Positions 43,744 through 54,632 of a DNA stretch of 64,000 nucleotides are shown in pieces. This DNA is from Candidatus Bathyarchaeota archaeon (GTDB lineage Archaea > Thermoproteota > Bathyarchaeia > Bathyarchaeales > Bathyarchaeaceae): the NCBI GenBank assembly GCA_963697165.1, contig CAVOMX010000012.1, positions 64,001 to 128,000 of the forward strand. Reading direction: 5' to 3'. Positions within the stretch are counted from its first letter, which is position 1. Each line of letters begins with the position of its first letter. A program made the translations under genes and the position numbers. The notes under the pieces are model-generated. The model worked only from the letters and a program-made list of their open reading frames with translations, ran no database searches and was not told the DNA's origin.

Positions 43744-44724
43744 TCAATCAACTTCTGACGGTTCCAACCAGTTTCGAGACTTGAAAACGGTTTTTCTTCC
43801 CAAATTTACTTTCAAGCAACCTTCGTAAGGACACATTTCAACACATCGGAAACATAGCATGCACATTGAAGTCATTATTTTTCCCCCTTTCTGATCGTAC
43901 ACTTCAGTGACCTGCACCGGACAAACTCTCTTGCAAATTCCACATTTAGTACATTTTTTTTCGTTCTTGTTAAGATGAAGCACAGGAGCCCACCTAAAAC
44001 CCTTAAACCTATTCAGAATAGCAATCGATGATCCTGTTGGACAGAAGCGACACCAAACTCGTTTTATAAATAATGACCCTAAAATTGTCAATGCCAAGAA
44101 AATTAATGCAGTGCTTTCACTATAAAATTCGCCGGAGTATTTGATTACTTCTTGAACGTAGGGATAACTAAAAAACAATCCACTAATTTCTATTGGTCCC
44201 TTCCAGGGCACAATCAGAGGCACCGTAGGAGCCAGTAGGATTCCTAGAAGTTCAAAAGGACCCGCAAAAAGCGAGGCCATTAGAGTGAGAAGATTCAAGG
44301 ATCCGGGTGGTTCCATTAGAATCAGAAAAAAAGGTAGAATTAGAAAGAAGAGTAACAACATGTATCTGAAATTATGTAAGAACTTGTTAAGTTTATTGGG
44401 GAGGATTTGGTGACGTATTTTGAAAGCCTTTCGGATTAGAGTAAGCACGTCCATGTATAGCCCAAACGGGCAAATCCAACCGCAAAAGAATCGTCCCAAA
44501 ACAATAGGCATTATCAAAATAACTGCTAGTATAATAAGTGGCCTTATAGGATACGTAAATAAGTAAAAAAACGCAGCCAATGATGCTACTTGAGTAACAA
44601 ACTTGATATAAGTTATTTTTGTTGTCCGATTCTTTTTCCATATAATGATAACTAATATTCCTGCTATAGTCAGTCCTGCAAGTGCCGCTAACTTCAAAAA
44701 TTCTCCTATAAGTTCTATGTTCAT
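43744..44724 (-). CDS. Membrane 4Fe-4S binding protein (NapH/MauN/YccM-like)
   Basis: GRFFCGWICPFG, WCRFCPTG, CTKCGICKRVCP, CMLCFRCVEMCP with TM helices. Confidence 0.85.
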   Translation of the reverse strand: MNIELIGEFLKLAALAGLTIAGILVIIIWKKNRTTKITYIKFVTQVASLAAFFYLFTYPIRPLIILAVILIMPIVLGRFFCGWICPFGLYMDVLTLIRKAFKIRHQILPNKLNKFLHNFRYMLLLFFLILPFFLILMEPPGSLNLLTLMASLFAGPFELLGILLAPTVPLIVPWKGPIEISGLFFSYPYVQEVIKYSGEFYSESTALIFLALTILGSLFIKRVWCRFCPTGSSIAILNRFKGFRWAPVLHLNKNEKKCTKCGICKRVCPVQVTEVYDQKGGKIMTSMCMLCFRCVEMCPYEGCLKVNLGRKTVFKSRNWLEPSEVD

Positions 44725-45261
44725 GTTTATTTCGCCTTCACAATATCTGGGTAGCAAGCTGTTGTACAAAATCCTAATTGATATAATAATAGTTCAGTAA
44801 TGAACGCTTCAAAACATTGATGTGAACTTTCAGTAATCAACGGCATGTGGAGTTCTCGTGAAATTTTTAATTAAGTGAATACTAGAAGAGACCTTTTAAA
44901 TCTTAGCAATTTTTGGTGGTGTCTGCTATCGGTTAACTTTTGAGCATAACCAAATCAATTCACAAGTTACTAGAAGAGAATGAGGGTTAAACCCAATCAT
45001 CTCAATCCAAAACAAAATTTTAGATATATCAAGAATCGAGTTGCAGGTCTGTCCCTAGACCGGAATGAATCTAACATTCTGCCAAGAGATTCCTAGGTTG
45101 TGCTTGATAATGCAGCCGTCAGACCCTATTGTCAATCCATTTTTGAACAACCTTGACTCTTAGGTTTTTTTGTGTGGATGTTCCTGTTTTGTGATCCTGA
45201 ATTGTTTTTGTTGGCAAACCATATGTAACTCCCGGTAACAGATTAATTTAGGTTTAATCTA

Positions 45262-46197
45262 ATGCTTGATGATCTACTAGTCCAACTGTTAATCCTTGGT
45301 GCGTCATTGGTTATTTTGGCTTTGTCTAGTCACTACACAATAAATGCAATAGAGAAGCTTATAGCGCTTACAGGATTAAGCGATATGTCTGCAGGATTTA
45401 TTCTTCTAGCCACCTTGACTTCAGTGCCTGAAATAATTGTAGCCCTCTTTTCTGTTCTTCAAGGAGAACCTGGAATAAGTGTAGGTGATATTCTTGGCTC
45501 AAATGTTTTTAACGTCGGAGCAGTTTTGGGAATACTGGCAATGTTTGGTTACCTTAAAACCTGCTGTACAGACTTGCTGCTGGACTTGACAGACATTCTT
45601 TTTCTTACATCTTTAATTCCTTTGCTTCTTGTAATATTCAATGTGTCAAGTCCAATAGTCGGAGCACTTCTTTTGGGAACTTTTGTGGCGAACACCTATT
45701 TTATGGTAAAAAAGAGAACACCTACAGTAGAAGTTAACGGCAACTCTGAAATGGTCAAAAAGGAAGGCAAAACAAAAGTAATTGGACTGTTGAGTGTTGG
45801 TTTAGTTGGCATTATTGTTTCTGCTCGCCTAGTTGTTTCATCTGGAGTTAACCTCGCCGCTATATTAGGTGCTCCGCCAATATTGCTTGGAGCAAAAATT
45901 ATTGCTATAGGCACATCTCTTCCCGAATTTACTACTACTCTTGCAGCTGTTCGACGAAGACGCGTTCACTTGGCTATTGGAGGAATAATTGGCTCTAACT
46001 TGACAAATCTGACTCTTGTTTTGGGTTTGGTTCTTATAGCTTCTCCATCTGTTGACATAACACTCTTAACAGAAATTCTCCCGTTCCTACTGATCACAAC
46101 AGTAATCTTCTGGCGCTTTCTCACAAGAGGCGGAATCTCTAAAATCGGCGGAACACTCCTTTTGGTAACATACTTGCTGTTTCAAATCGTCATATGA
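45262..46197 (+). CDS. Na+/Ca2+ (CaCA, YrbG-like) antiporter
   Basis: Alpha repeats TSVPE...GSNVFN and GTSLPE...GSNLTN. Confidence 0.88.
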   Translation: MLDDLLVQLLILGASLVILALSSHYTINAIEKLIALTGLSDMSAGFILLATLTSVPEIIVALFSVLQGEPGISVGDILGSNVFNVGAVLGILAMFGYLKTCCTDLLLDLTDILFLTSLIPLLLVIFNVSSPIVGALLLGTFVANTYFMVKKRTPTVEVNGNSEMVKKEGKTKVIGLLSVGLVGIIVSARLVVSSGVNLAAILGAPPILLGAKIIAIGTSLPEFTTTLAAVRRRRVHLAIGGIIGSNLTNLTLVLGLVLIASPSVDITLLTEILPFLLITTVIFWRFLTRGGISKIGGTLLLVTYLLFQIVI

Positions 46198-46322
46198 TCT
46201 GTTAGAATCACCTTCTTATTATATAGAACAAGCTGATGATGTCGCCAAAAGCTATATTTATTAACTGAAGAACGAGACTATTCGCTGATTCGAAACCCTT
46301 TCTTTTGAGGGGAAAATTTAGT

Positions 46323-47531
46323 ATGTCCAAGCCTTTCGTAATGATTACGGCAACCGGAAAAGACAAACCGGGTTTGACAACAGAGATAACCGAGTTGATT
46401 GCTGAAGCAGACGGGAACATCATTGACATCGAAGCTTTCAGCATGAGGGGACTCTTCGCTATCTTTATGATAGTTGACTGTCGTGTAATATCAGTGTCTC
46501 TTGAGACTCTTAGAAGTCAGCTTATGGAAGTAGGAAATAAGATAGGTTTGGACGTTAACATAGAGCCTCTTCCATCTGGACGACGTAAGAGCGGCAAAAA
46601 ACTTGTGCTCTTGACAACCCTTGGAAAAGACAGGCCAGGCATAGTGGCAAAGGTTTCACGTTTTCTTTCTCAGAACAACGCAAACATTGAACGGATAAAG
46701 ATGATTGCTTATGGCGAATTAAATGCCATGGAGATACTCATTGACATTAATGACCTCACGATTTCAATCGAAGACTTCAAAGAAGCCTTGGGTAAAGAAT
46801 GTAAACTGGTTGGGCAGGATGTTGTCTTTCAGAAGGACACTGTCTTTCGGAGACCAAAACGGCTGATTGTCTTCGACGTGGACGGCACACTAATTGATGC
46901 TGAGATGATAGATGAGCTGGCGAAGGCTGCTGGAGTAGGCGGAAAAGTCAGCGAAATCACTTCAAGAGCCATGAATGGAGAGATAGAGTTCAAGCAGGCA
47001 CTCAAGGAAAGAGTTCAGTTGTTGAAGGGCTTACCTGTGGGAGTCCTCAATTCTATAGTTGAAAACTTGGATGTAACCCCGGGCGCTGAAGAACTGATAA
47101 CTGCCCTCAAAGCCCTAGGCTATAAGATAGCCCTTATTTCTGGAGGTTTCACCCAGTTTGTTGAAAAGATTAAGGAAAAACTTGGAATCGACTATGTTTA
47201 TGCCAACAAGCTTGTGATTGAAGATGGGAAGCTGACTGGCGAGGTTGTGGAGCCGATAATTGATGCGGAGCGAAAGGCTGAGTTGATGCGGGAGATAGCT
47301 GAGAAAGAGAATCTTTTGATGGAGCAGGTGGTTGCGGTGGGTGATGGGGCAAACGACAGGTTTATGCTCCAGAATTCTGGGTTAGGGATTGCTCTCTATC
47401 CTAAAGCTGTTCTTCAGAAAGTGGCGTCTGGCGTCATAACCAAGGACAACCTTGCTGGGATTCTTTACTGTCTGGGTGCACCAGAAGACAAGCTCAAAGA
47501 ATTAATTCCAGACAAGAAGCCTCATTCTTAA
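46323..47531 (+). CDS. serB: Phosphoserine phosphatase with two N-terminal ACT domains
   Basis: TG.DKPG and GKDRPG ACT starts; HAD motifs FDVDGTL, ISGGF, GDGAND. Confidence 0.9.
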   Translation: MSKPFVMITATGKDKPGLTTEITELIAEADGNIIDIEAFSMRGLFAIFMIVDCRVISVSLETLRSQLMEVGNKIGLDVNIEPLPSGRRKSGKKLVLLTTLGKDRPGIVAKVSRFLSQNNANIERIKMIAYGELNAMEILIDINDLTISIEDFKEALGKECKLVGQDVVFQKDTVFRRPKRLIVFDVDGTLIDAEMIDELAKAAGVGGKVSEITSRAMNGEIEFKQALKERVQLLKGLPVGVLNSIVENLDVTPGAEELITALKALGYKIALISGGFTQFVEKIKEKLGIDYVYANKLVIEDGKLTGEVVEPIIDAERKAELMREIAEKENLLMEQVVAVGDGANDRFMLQNSGLGIALYPKAVLQKVASGVITKDNLAGILYCLGAPEDKLKELIPDKKPHS

Positions 47532-47565
47532 CTATAACCTGTTGTCAAAAGCAGGTTAAAGTTTG

Positions 47566-47916
47566 TCAAGTTCTGAAGTGCCTGATTTTCAGTATGTCAT
47601 TGTTCACGTCTTGGAACGTTTTGTAGACGTCTTCCACATGCAGTGTCGACTTTTTGATTCTGTTTTGAACAAGTCCAGCTACTAGGACGGCTGCGCCCAC
47701 AGTTTCACTTATAGGAGTGGGTTCCGGAAACGTTATCAAAGTTAAGGCGATTTTGATGAGCTTAGATTTTTGTTCGCCTCTCCATAATTTTTTGGCATTG
47801 TTTGCGTCTTTAGCCATTTCATTTATAACTTCAAGAGTCTCTGTGTAGCTTAGCCCCAATTCTTGTAGCACAGTTGCCATTCTTTTCAATTCTTTTGTTT
47901 CCACGATGAACCCCAT
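47566..47916 (-). CDS. Hypothetical protein
   Basis: 116-aa ORF with plausible composition, FPEPT.ISE.VG hydrophobic segment. Confidence 0.55.
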   Translation of the reverse strand: MGFIVETKELKRMATVLQELGLSYTETLEVINEMAKDANNAKKLWRGEQKSKLIKIALTLITFPEPTPISETVGAAVLVAGLVQNRIKKSTLHVEDVYKTFQDVNNDILKIRHFRT

Positions 47917-48316
47917 TTTTTAATAGTTTTGTTAAGATGACTGTTAGTTCCTTCTAGCACAAAAGCTTTAACACCTATAACGACTCACAAAAGCCATTTC
48001 TACACGATTCTGACCACAAAAAGTTTCAGTAAACTATGCAAAAACTGTTCCATCAAACCTCATTTTTTAACTAAAAACGCCAATTTTCTACTGAAAATTT
48101 CAGCAATTACTGAAATCTTTCATGCCTTTTTATTTTTTGTGCCAAATTTATGGGATACCCTTATTGAGCGCGCCTGAATTTGCTTTCATTTCGTAAAATT
48201 TCCGTGCATTTTAGGTGTTTCCTGGAATATTTTTCTTTTTGATGTTCAAATTTATTTAATTTTTCCTGTTTACGCACGTTTATCTGGATTTTTAACTCTT
48301 TGTTTCCATATTTTTT

Positions 48317-48949
48317 ATGGCGGCTTTTGATTCTTCGTTATTTTGTATCCATAGTGTTAATATTCATGAAGCATCAAACATACAGAAGTTCTCAGGAGAT
48401 AGACTATTGGCGGGGAAACCTATTAGTGAAGAGGTTCGGCGCAGATTTCCTCGATTAACGATGAGTTTAGTGATGGCTGTTATCTTCTATCTGATAAACA
48501 CCTTTGTTCCGAGCACGATGGAAGGTCTTAACATTCCTGGGCTCAATATAAATGCCGGCACACTAATTGGAACTATTGCTCTGCTCTTTACTGCTATCTT
48601 TCTGATACGAGCATTATCTGATGCCTTGGTGCTGAGCGACATCCTAACTGACATATTCATTAAACGTTTGGGTATCAAAGAGGAGCGGTCTCCGAAGAGG
48701 GCTGCGAGAGACCTAATATATATTATTGTCATTATTCTGGTGACAACAGCTCTTCAGCCTCTAATATCAACCCTAGAGTCGGGTGCTAGGGAACTGTTGA
48801 CAAACGTTACTATCTATATTGCTCTTGGAGTAATTCTCATCCTTATCTATGATATTGGGCGAATTCTCTATCGTATAGTCGAACGGAAAGCCGAATCTGT
48901 GGCAGATAGTCTCGCAAAAATGGCTGACAGAAACAAAAACAGTGAGTAA
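48317..48949 (+). CDS. Hypothetical membrane protein (real start probably near 48408)
   Basis: Four hydrophobic segments; overlaps next gene start. Confidence 0.65.
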   Translation: MAAFDSSLFCIHSVNIHEASNIQKFSGDRLLAGKPISEEVRRRFPRLTMSLVMAVIFYLINTFVPSTMEGLNIPGLNINAGTLIGTIALLFTAIFLIRALSDALVLSDILTDIFIKRLGIKEERSPKRAARDLIYIIVIILVTTALQPLISTLESGARELLTNVTIYIALGVILILIYDIGRILYRIVERKAESVADSLAKMADRNKNSE

Positions 48950-50224
48950 AATGGACGAAGTTCAGATAATCTTCATTCTCGTCTACCTGCTAACCATTCT
49001 TCTCTCAGCTACCAAAATCGTTCCCATGTCAGTCGCTGCCATGATCGGAGCTTTGCTTACCGCATGGTTCGGTCTCCTCTACGGCGTCTTCGAATATAAT
49101 GAAGCTATGGGCTTCATCGACATTCGGCTAATCTTTCTATTGCTGGGTGTCATGATTGTTGTGGAAGTGGCTGAACGTAGCGGTCTCTTTCGTTTCGGAG
49201 CCTTATATGCCGTCAAAGTTTCGGGCGGAAACCCCCAGATACTCTTTGTTTCTATCTGTCTAATCTCTGCAGCTGTTTCAGTGTTTCTCAGCGACCCAAC
49301 AGCGATGCTGCTTATCGCCGCTGCCATGGCAACCATAACCAAGCTGTTACGTTACGATCCTGTGCCCTACTTCATTTCTGCAATGATAATGATTAATCTT
49401 GGAGGAACAAGCACCCTGATCGGCTCTGTTTCTAACATGATAATCGGTCTTCAAGCAGGACTAAGTTTTACATCATTCATTGGGTACCTAGCCGTTTGTG
49501 AACTTGCCCTCTGGGGGCTGACCATCTTCGCTTTATATATGATCTTCAGAATCAAGACTTGGCGAGAAAAAACAGTTGCCGGACTATAATCCTTGGGAGA
49601 GCGTAGAAAACAAGAAACTGTTTTACCGTTCCATTTTTATCCTCATTCTTCTTAGTCGCTCTTTTTTTGACTCTGGAAAACCTTGGAGTTGGAGCAGAAG
49701 CTGTTGCCTTGGGCTGTGCTGTCCTTGCTTTGGCTCTGAGCGGTTCTGATCCCACAGAGATTTTCAAAAAACTGGACTGGGAAACAATCTTCTTTATTGC
49801 AGGCTTCATGTTTGTGGTTGGTGGTCTAGAAAGCTCATTAATCTTGAGGGACATATCAACGCAGCTTTTCCAAACGTTTGGACAAACCCAGTTAGGAGCA
49901 AGTATGGCAACTTTGTGGTTTAGTGGTCTTGCAAGCACCACAGTAAGTAATATCGCGATTGCACTAACTTTTTCCCCGATAATCGGCGGAGTTGCCGGAT
50001 TAGGCACACCAGCCGTGTGGTCAGCGTTGATTCTCGGAACGAATCTGGGAGGCGCCACTACACCTTTGAGTGGTGCTGTAACCATGATGGGTGTAGGCGC
50101 ACTCAAACGTGAAGGGATATCTTTGAGTTTTACTGAGTTCACAAAAGTGGGTATAATCACGTCTCTTATTCAACTAGGCTTTGCAAGCTTTTATTTAGTT
50201 ATACGCTTTAATTTAGGTGCGTGA
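48942..50224 (+). CDS. ArsB/NhaD/SLC13-family permease; frameshift ~49555
   Basis: NLGGTSTLIGSVSN, DWETIFFIAGFMFVVGGL, GTNLGG.TTP. Confidence 0.85.
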
Positions 50225-50478
50225 ATAATTTGGTTAAAAAGTGGATTGAATCTAGAGAAATAAAACCAGAATCTGAGTATGAAGAAGCTAAAAGACAATT
50301 TGAGATGGCTATGGGAAATCCCTTTATTACGCTGATATTGGAGATTCCGACAGGATTCGAAGGATTCAACAATGAATTCCTAATGCTGGAAAAGGACGCT
50401 CAGTTCCATGAAGAAGTTCAGGACCTGATTAAAAAGCGACTCCTGTTTGATTCGCGCCGAAAAAAGATTTCTAGCTAG
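50221..50478 (+). CDS. Hypothetical protein, translationally coupled to the permease
   Basis: 85-aa ORF with GTGA start/stop overlap. Confidence 0.55.
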   Translation: MNNLVKKWIESREIKPESEYEEAKRQFEMAMGNPFITLILEIPTGFEGFNNEFLMLEKDAQFHEEVQDLIKKRLLFDSRRKKISS

Positions 50479-50617
50479 ACTCTGTTGTCGCCATCGATTT
50501 CTGGTTTGTTGCTCTTTTGTAAAGAGAGTAACCTGTCTTCTTTTTGTTGAACTTTAAAACCTTTTAGCTAATAGAATCTGTCCAACGGAATTTCAACTGG
50601 GCTTCTTTTCTGTGTTT

Positions 50618-51031
50618 TTATTCGTCTTCGACTAGCATTTTCTTCAGAGATTCTACTTCCTCTCGAAGAGACGATATTTCTTCCTCCAGAGTGCTGGCTT
50701 TTGTTTCTCCTGTTCTCTTGAGTTCCTCTATTTCTTCCAGAAGTTCAGCTCTTTCGTTTTTCAGTTTCTCAATTTTTTCTTTCAAGTCTCCCATCATATG
50801 TACAAGCCCTCTTTCAATTCCTTTAATTTCTTCAACCGCGCCTTTAAGATTTCCTTCCTCTTTCTCTTTTCCCAAAACCTTCAGGAACCTTTTTTCGCAT
50901 TCAGGACACATGAAAAACCCTAACGTGAGCTTGAACTGTTCGCTAGTTTTGTTGGGGCTGCCAATCATGGACCACGTTTTGATTTGGTTGATTACCTCTG
51001 TTCCACATCTGGGGCAAACTGACAACTGCAA
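50618..51031 (-). CDS. Cren7-like zinc-ribbon domain fused to a coiled coil
   Basis: CPRCGTEV...KTWSM...LTLGFFMCPECEKRF followed by heptad-rich acidic helix. Confidence 0.6.
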   Translation of the reverse strand: MQLSVCPRCGTEVINQIKTWSMIGSPNKTSEQFKLTLGFFMCPECEKRFLKVLGKEKEEGNLKGAVEEIKGIERGLVHMMGDLKEKIEKLKNERAELLEEIEELKRTGETKASTLEEEISSLREEVESLKKMLVEDE

Positions 51032-51129
51032 ACCTCAATATGAGTTGAGGTTATAAGTTAAAAATTTTTTTCATATTCTACAGTGCATCCGCTAATCCCA
51101 TTGACAATCAAAACAAAAACAGTTGAATA

Positions 51130-52065
51130 TTAGAGATAGATGACAAACTGTAGACGTTCAACCAGTTCTTTATAGCGGTTCCTTATGGTTACTTCCGTCA
51201 CCTGAGCAATCTCCGCAATCTCTCTTTGCGTTTTTCTTTCTCCAGTCAAAACTGATGCAATGTAGCTGGCTGCCGCGGCTATGCCTGTCGGACCCCTTCC
51301 TGATGTGAGCTTCAGTTCCTTGGCTGTAGCAAGAATCTTGTGGGCAATCTCCTCAACCTTTCCCTGCATTGTCAACTGGTTAGAAAACTTGGTTATATAC
51401 TGGCTCGGCTTTAGCGGCGGAATGAAATAGTTTAGTTCCTTTATTAGAAAACGGTAGCTTCGTCCAACCTCTTTCTTGTTTACAGTAGACGCTTGAGCAA
51501 TCTCATCTAACGTTCTAGCCACTCCACACTGTCGGCAAGCTACGTAAATAGCGGCAGCAGTTACGCCCTGAATAGACCTTCCCCTGATGAGACGCTCTTT
51601 AACCGCTTTACGATAGATGACTGAAGCAGTTTCAAGAATGTTTTTGGGCAAATTGAGATTGTTCGCTATCTTGGATATCTCAGAAAGGGCAAAAGCAAGA
51701 TTCCTTTCTGTGGCGTCGGAGACCCTAATACGCCGTTGCCACTTCCGCAACCGGTAAATCTGAGCCTTCTGACCCGGAGCAAGTCTCTTGCCGTAAACGT
51801 CTCTGTCGTGCCAGTCGATCATGGTTGAGAGACCCTTATCATGAATTGTGAATGTAAGGGGAGCGCCTGCTCTGGCACGTTTAGCACGTTGCTCATCGTC
51901 AAATGCTCGCCACTCTGGTCCTTGATCTGCGAGTTTGGCGGCAACGACGAAGCCACAGTTCATGCAGACTATTTCAGCGCAGTCGTAGTCTCGCATGAGG
52001 CGGTTGCTTCCACATTCTGGGCAACTTCGAATTTTCGGAGGGTGCGGAATGTTTTCTTCTGTCAT
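51130..52065 (-). CDS. tfb: Transcription initiation factor IIB
   Basis: CPECGS Zn ribbon, [40 protein letters not shown]. Confidence 0.97.
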   Translation of the reverse strand: MTEENIPHPPKIRSCPECGSNRLMRDYDCAEIVCMNCGFVVAAKLADQGPEWRAFDDEQRAKRARAGAPLTFTIHDKGLSTMIDWHDRDVYGKRLAPGQKAQIYRLRKWQRRIRVSDATERNLAFALSEISKIANNLNLPKNILETASVIYRKAVKERLIRGRSIQGVTAAAIYVACRQCGVARTLDEIAQASTVNKKEVGRSYRFLIKELNYFIPPLKPSQYITKFSNQLTMQGKVEEIAHKILATAKELKLTSGRGPTGIAAAASYIASVLTGERKTQREIAEIAQVTEVTIRNRYKELVERLQFVIYL

Positions 52066-52337
52066 CTTCTATTCCTCTTTTTTCTCCCGTCTTGGGCGGG
52101 GGCTACATAAAGAACTTGGTTTACAAGTTTCTCTGGGCTCTGGATGTTGGGTTTCACGGCCACATAGGGGGAGGATATAGGACCAAAAACATCAAAAACT
52201 GTTCCCACTGGCTTGAGTTTTTCGTTTGTGACTTCATCGCCGATGCGGGGGATGTTTTCTGCTTTAAGAATTATGTTTTTTGTGTTGCTTACGTGAAGGA
52301 CGTAACCGATTCTGTGCAAAATCCCTTTTCCCCTCAC
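52062..52337 (-). CDS. gar1: H/ACA RNP protein Gar1/Naf1
   Basis: [20 protein letters not shown]; conserved gar1-tfb order. Confidence 0.88.
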   Translation of the reverse strand: MRGKGILHRIGYVLHVSNTKNIILKAENIPRIGDEVTNEKLKPVGTVFDVFGPISSPYVAVKPNIQSPEKLVNQVLYVAPAQDGRKKRNRR

Positions 52338-52617
52338 AAAACCTATGTTTCACACGGCTCGTTTTATTTAAACGTTTCTGAGCATATCTTTCAGTTTGCA
52401 CAACCGATTCCTATGTTTGTAGTTTTTATTCTAAATGAAAGAATTTAAGTAAAATTAATTATGATAAAATGTTTATTTGTTTACATTTTTAACAAATAAT
52501 TTCTGTATGTCTATGGGAGAAGCCATTTTAATTTAACTGCACCAAAAATTCCTCGAAACCAAAAAGTGACTACCGTAACTAATAAAACGCTCTAAGCCAA
52601 TAGCAAACCAGATAGAG

Positions 52618-52902
52618 ATGCGCAAACAAAACAAAATTTTTCTTTGGTCCGTTTACTTTGATGCAAGCAAGTCTCGAACTGATGGACGGAGGGTTCCAAA
52701 AAAGCTTGCCATATCTGCACCAAAACTGGAGGAGCTTCAGATAGCCGCAAAAAGGTTGGGTCTGCAACCTGAGATTGTATCTGGTGCTACGTATCCCAGT
52801 TGTCCATGGCAAAAAACTGGGTTAGTCATACTTCCAAAAACTGAATCGAAAGGTAAAATTTTGAAGAATATTGCAAAAGAACTTTGTAGCCTACGCCGAT
52901 AG
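52618..52902 (+). CDS. srp19: Signal recognition particle protein Srp19
   Basis: W..YFD..KSR..GRRVPK..A...P...YP..PW...G. Confidence 0.9.
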   Translation: MRKQNKIFLWSVYFDASKSRTDGRRVPKKLAISAPKLEELQIAAKRLGLQPEIVSGATYPSCPWQKTGLVILPKTESKGKILKNIAKELCSLRR

Positions 52903-52915
52903 AAATGTTTGTTAG

Positions 52916-53305
52916 TCACCCTTTTTGGCTACTAGAATCGCGTTTACGATTCCGTCTTGTCCCAGGGCGGGATGTTACGCGTGCTGTTCCCAATGACGTT
53001 GCAATCATTGTTCCTTTTGTGATTACACCTCGGCGGTCGTAGTCCACGTTTGCTGGGTTCTCCATTACGCGAAGTATATCTACTTTTGAGGTTTTTCCAG
53101 AAGCGTCAGAGATGTTTGCCTCGTTCACTTTTAGCAGTCGAACCTTTTCGTTACCTCCATGCTTTCGCATGATTTTGCTCTTGTTTTTACCCAATGCAGT
53201 TTCTGCTGGGAAGAAGCCTTTTTCATATCTTCTTTTCTTGCGGTTTAGTATTTTCTTGCCGCCAGAATTTTTGCGTTTATGTTGATCTCCGTGCCATACT
53301 GACAA
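52916..53305 (-). CDS. rps8e: 30S ribosomal protein eS8; frameshift near 3' end
   Basis: HKRK.SGG, GGNEKVRL, ENPAN..Y.RRGVITKG, ARVTSRPG (expected QDG..NA lies in another frame). Confidence 0.95.
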   Translation of the reverse strand: MSVWHGDQHKRKNSGGKKILNRKKRRYEKGFFPAETALGKNKSKIMRKHGGNEKVRLLKVNEANISDASGKTSKVDILRVMENPANVDYDRRGVITKGTMIATSLGTARVTSRPGTRRNRKRDSSSQKG

Positions 53306-53371
53306 ACTTACATCATCTCATTGATATCGATGAGACTAGCAAAACTTGACATATAAGCTTATCTTCGCAGA

Positions 53372-53968
53372 CTATGTTTCCTGATTTGTTTCTGCCTTTT
53401 CTTCGGGCTTTTCTACCTCTTTGAATAAGATTTTAAGCTGACGTTTCATGGTTCGCAGTTCTAGGCTTAATCCGAAGAAGTCAGCGAAAAACTGTGTTGT
53501 TTTTATCATCCTTTTTTTTCCGACGCCTTCGCGGTTGATCAGTTCCATGGCTTCTAGTTGTTTAAGGTGACCATAGGAGTGGTGTCCTCTAACGTCGACG
53601 ACTTGTGTTTGAAGGATTGGTTGTCTAAATGCAATATATGATAAAGTTTTTAGTGGACCTGCAGACAGGAGCGGTCTTGTGGATAACTTTCTAACTTTGC
53701 CTGTGTACTCGGCTTTCAGTTGCATAACGAATCGTTCCCCTTCAAGTTCAAGGATTTCAAGGGCTGTGTTACGGTTCTTGTAGTTCTCCGCTAAAGTTTT
53801 TGCGAGTTTTCTTACCCTTTTTTTCGAGTTGGTCCCTGCTACACTTGCCAATGTCTTAAGGTCAAGGGGGCGTCCTGCCACGTAGAGGCCTGCTTCCATT
53901 AAGGCTAATTGATGAGCGATTTTTTCTTTTTTTTCTGTTTCAGATTGGTTCTGTTCGTTTTCCATCAA
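53372..53968 (-). CDS. scpB: SMC-Scp complex subunit ScpB
   Basis: EAGLYVAGRPL, LKTLSYIAFRQPI, VRG, TTQFFADFFGL. Confidence 0.9.
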   Translation of the reverse strand: MMENEQNQSETEKKEKIAHQLALMEAGLYVAGRPLDLKTLASVAGTNSKKRVRKLAKTLAENYKNRNTALEILELEGERFVMQLKAEYTGKVRKLSTRPLLSAGPLKTLSYIAFRQPILQTQVVDVRGHHSYGHLKQLEAMELINREGVGKKRMIKTTQFFADFFGLSLELRTMKRQLKILFKEVEKPEEKAETNQET

Positions 53969-54632
53969 AGACAGGGTCTCCTATGACTGTTATGTACAAT
54001 TCTTCCATTTCTTCCTCTTGCCATAACCCTATCTTTCCTCTTTGGGCAAGAAACAAGAGAATTATGAATGTTTTAACTGCTTCAATATTTTCTAATCCCG
54101 CAACGAGTTTTGAGAATGCTACCAGTTCTCCCGTGCCTATGAGTTGGCAGAGTTGATCGTAAAGGGTCTTCATGTGGTCTTCGATTTGAAGCAAATACAT
54201 GTCAAGTGGTGGAAGTATTTCTGGGGCGGGCAAGATTGGTTCTGACAGTTTTGGAGGGCGTATGCTCTCGCCTTTTAGTACCTCATCTAGTACATTCAAC
54301 AGGTTGTCTATGGTGGTTGAGGATAACTCGTAACGAAGAGGAAGGAACATGGGCGGAGGAATAAAATCTGGTAGCGCTTTGGGTGTTGGCGGGGGCTCCT
54401 CCAGTTTTAGTAACAGTTTGGTTTTTCTGAGGTATATTGTGCTGGAGGACTCTAATGCCATGCCTGATGCTCTAAAGTCTACTTCGCCTTGCTGTTCCAT
54501 CTCCTTCAAGAACATTGTTAGGAGATAAGAAATGTTGACTTCCCACGGCATTACCTTCTCTAATCTGTGAATCTCAAAGAGTATACTCAATGGAGGATGG
54601 AAATAGAACGGTTTTTTCATGGTTTTTGGCAT
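53940..54632 (-). CDS. scpA: SMC-Scp complex kleisin ScpA
   Basis: PWEVNI..L, DFRASG, C-terminal FI.LLFLAQ.GKI.LWQEE; lies between smc and scpB. Confidence 0.85.
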   Translation of the reverse strand: MPKTMKKPFYFHPPLSILFEIHRLEKVMPWEVNISYLLTMFLKEMEQQGEVDFRASGMALESSSTIYLRKTKLLLKLEEPPPTPKALPDFIPPPMFLPLRYELSSTTIDNLLNVLDEVLKGESIRPPKLSEPILPAPEILPPLDMYLLQIEDHMKTLYDQLCQLIGTGELVAFSKLVAGLENIEAVKTFIILLFLAQRGKIGLWQEEEMEELYITVIGDPVFDGKRTEPI

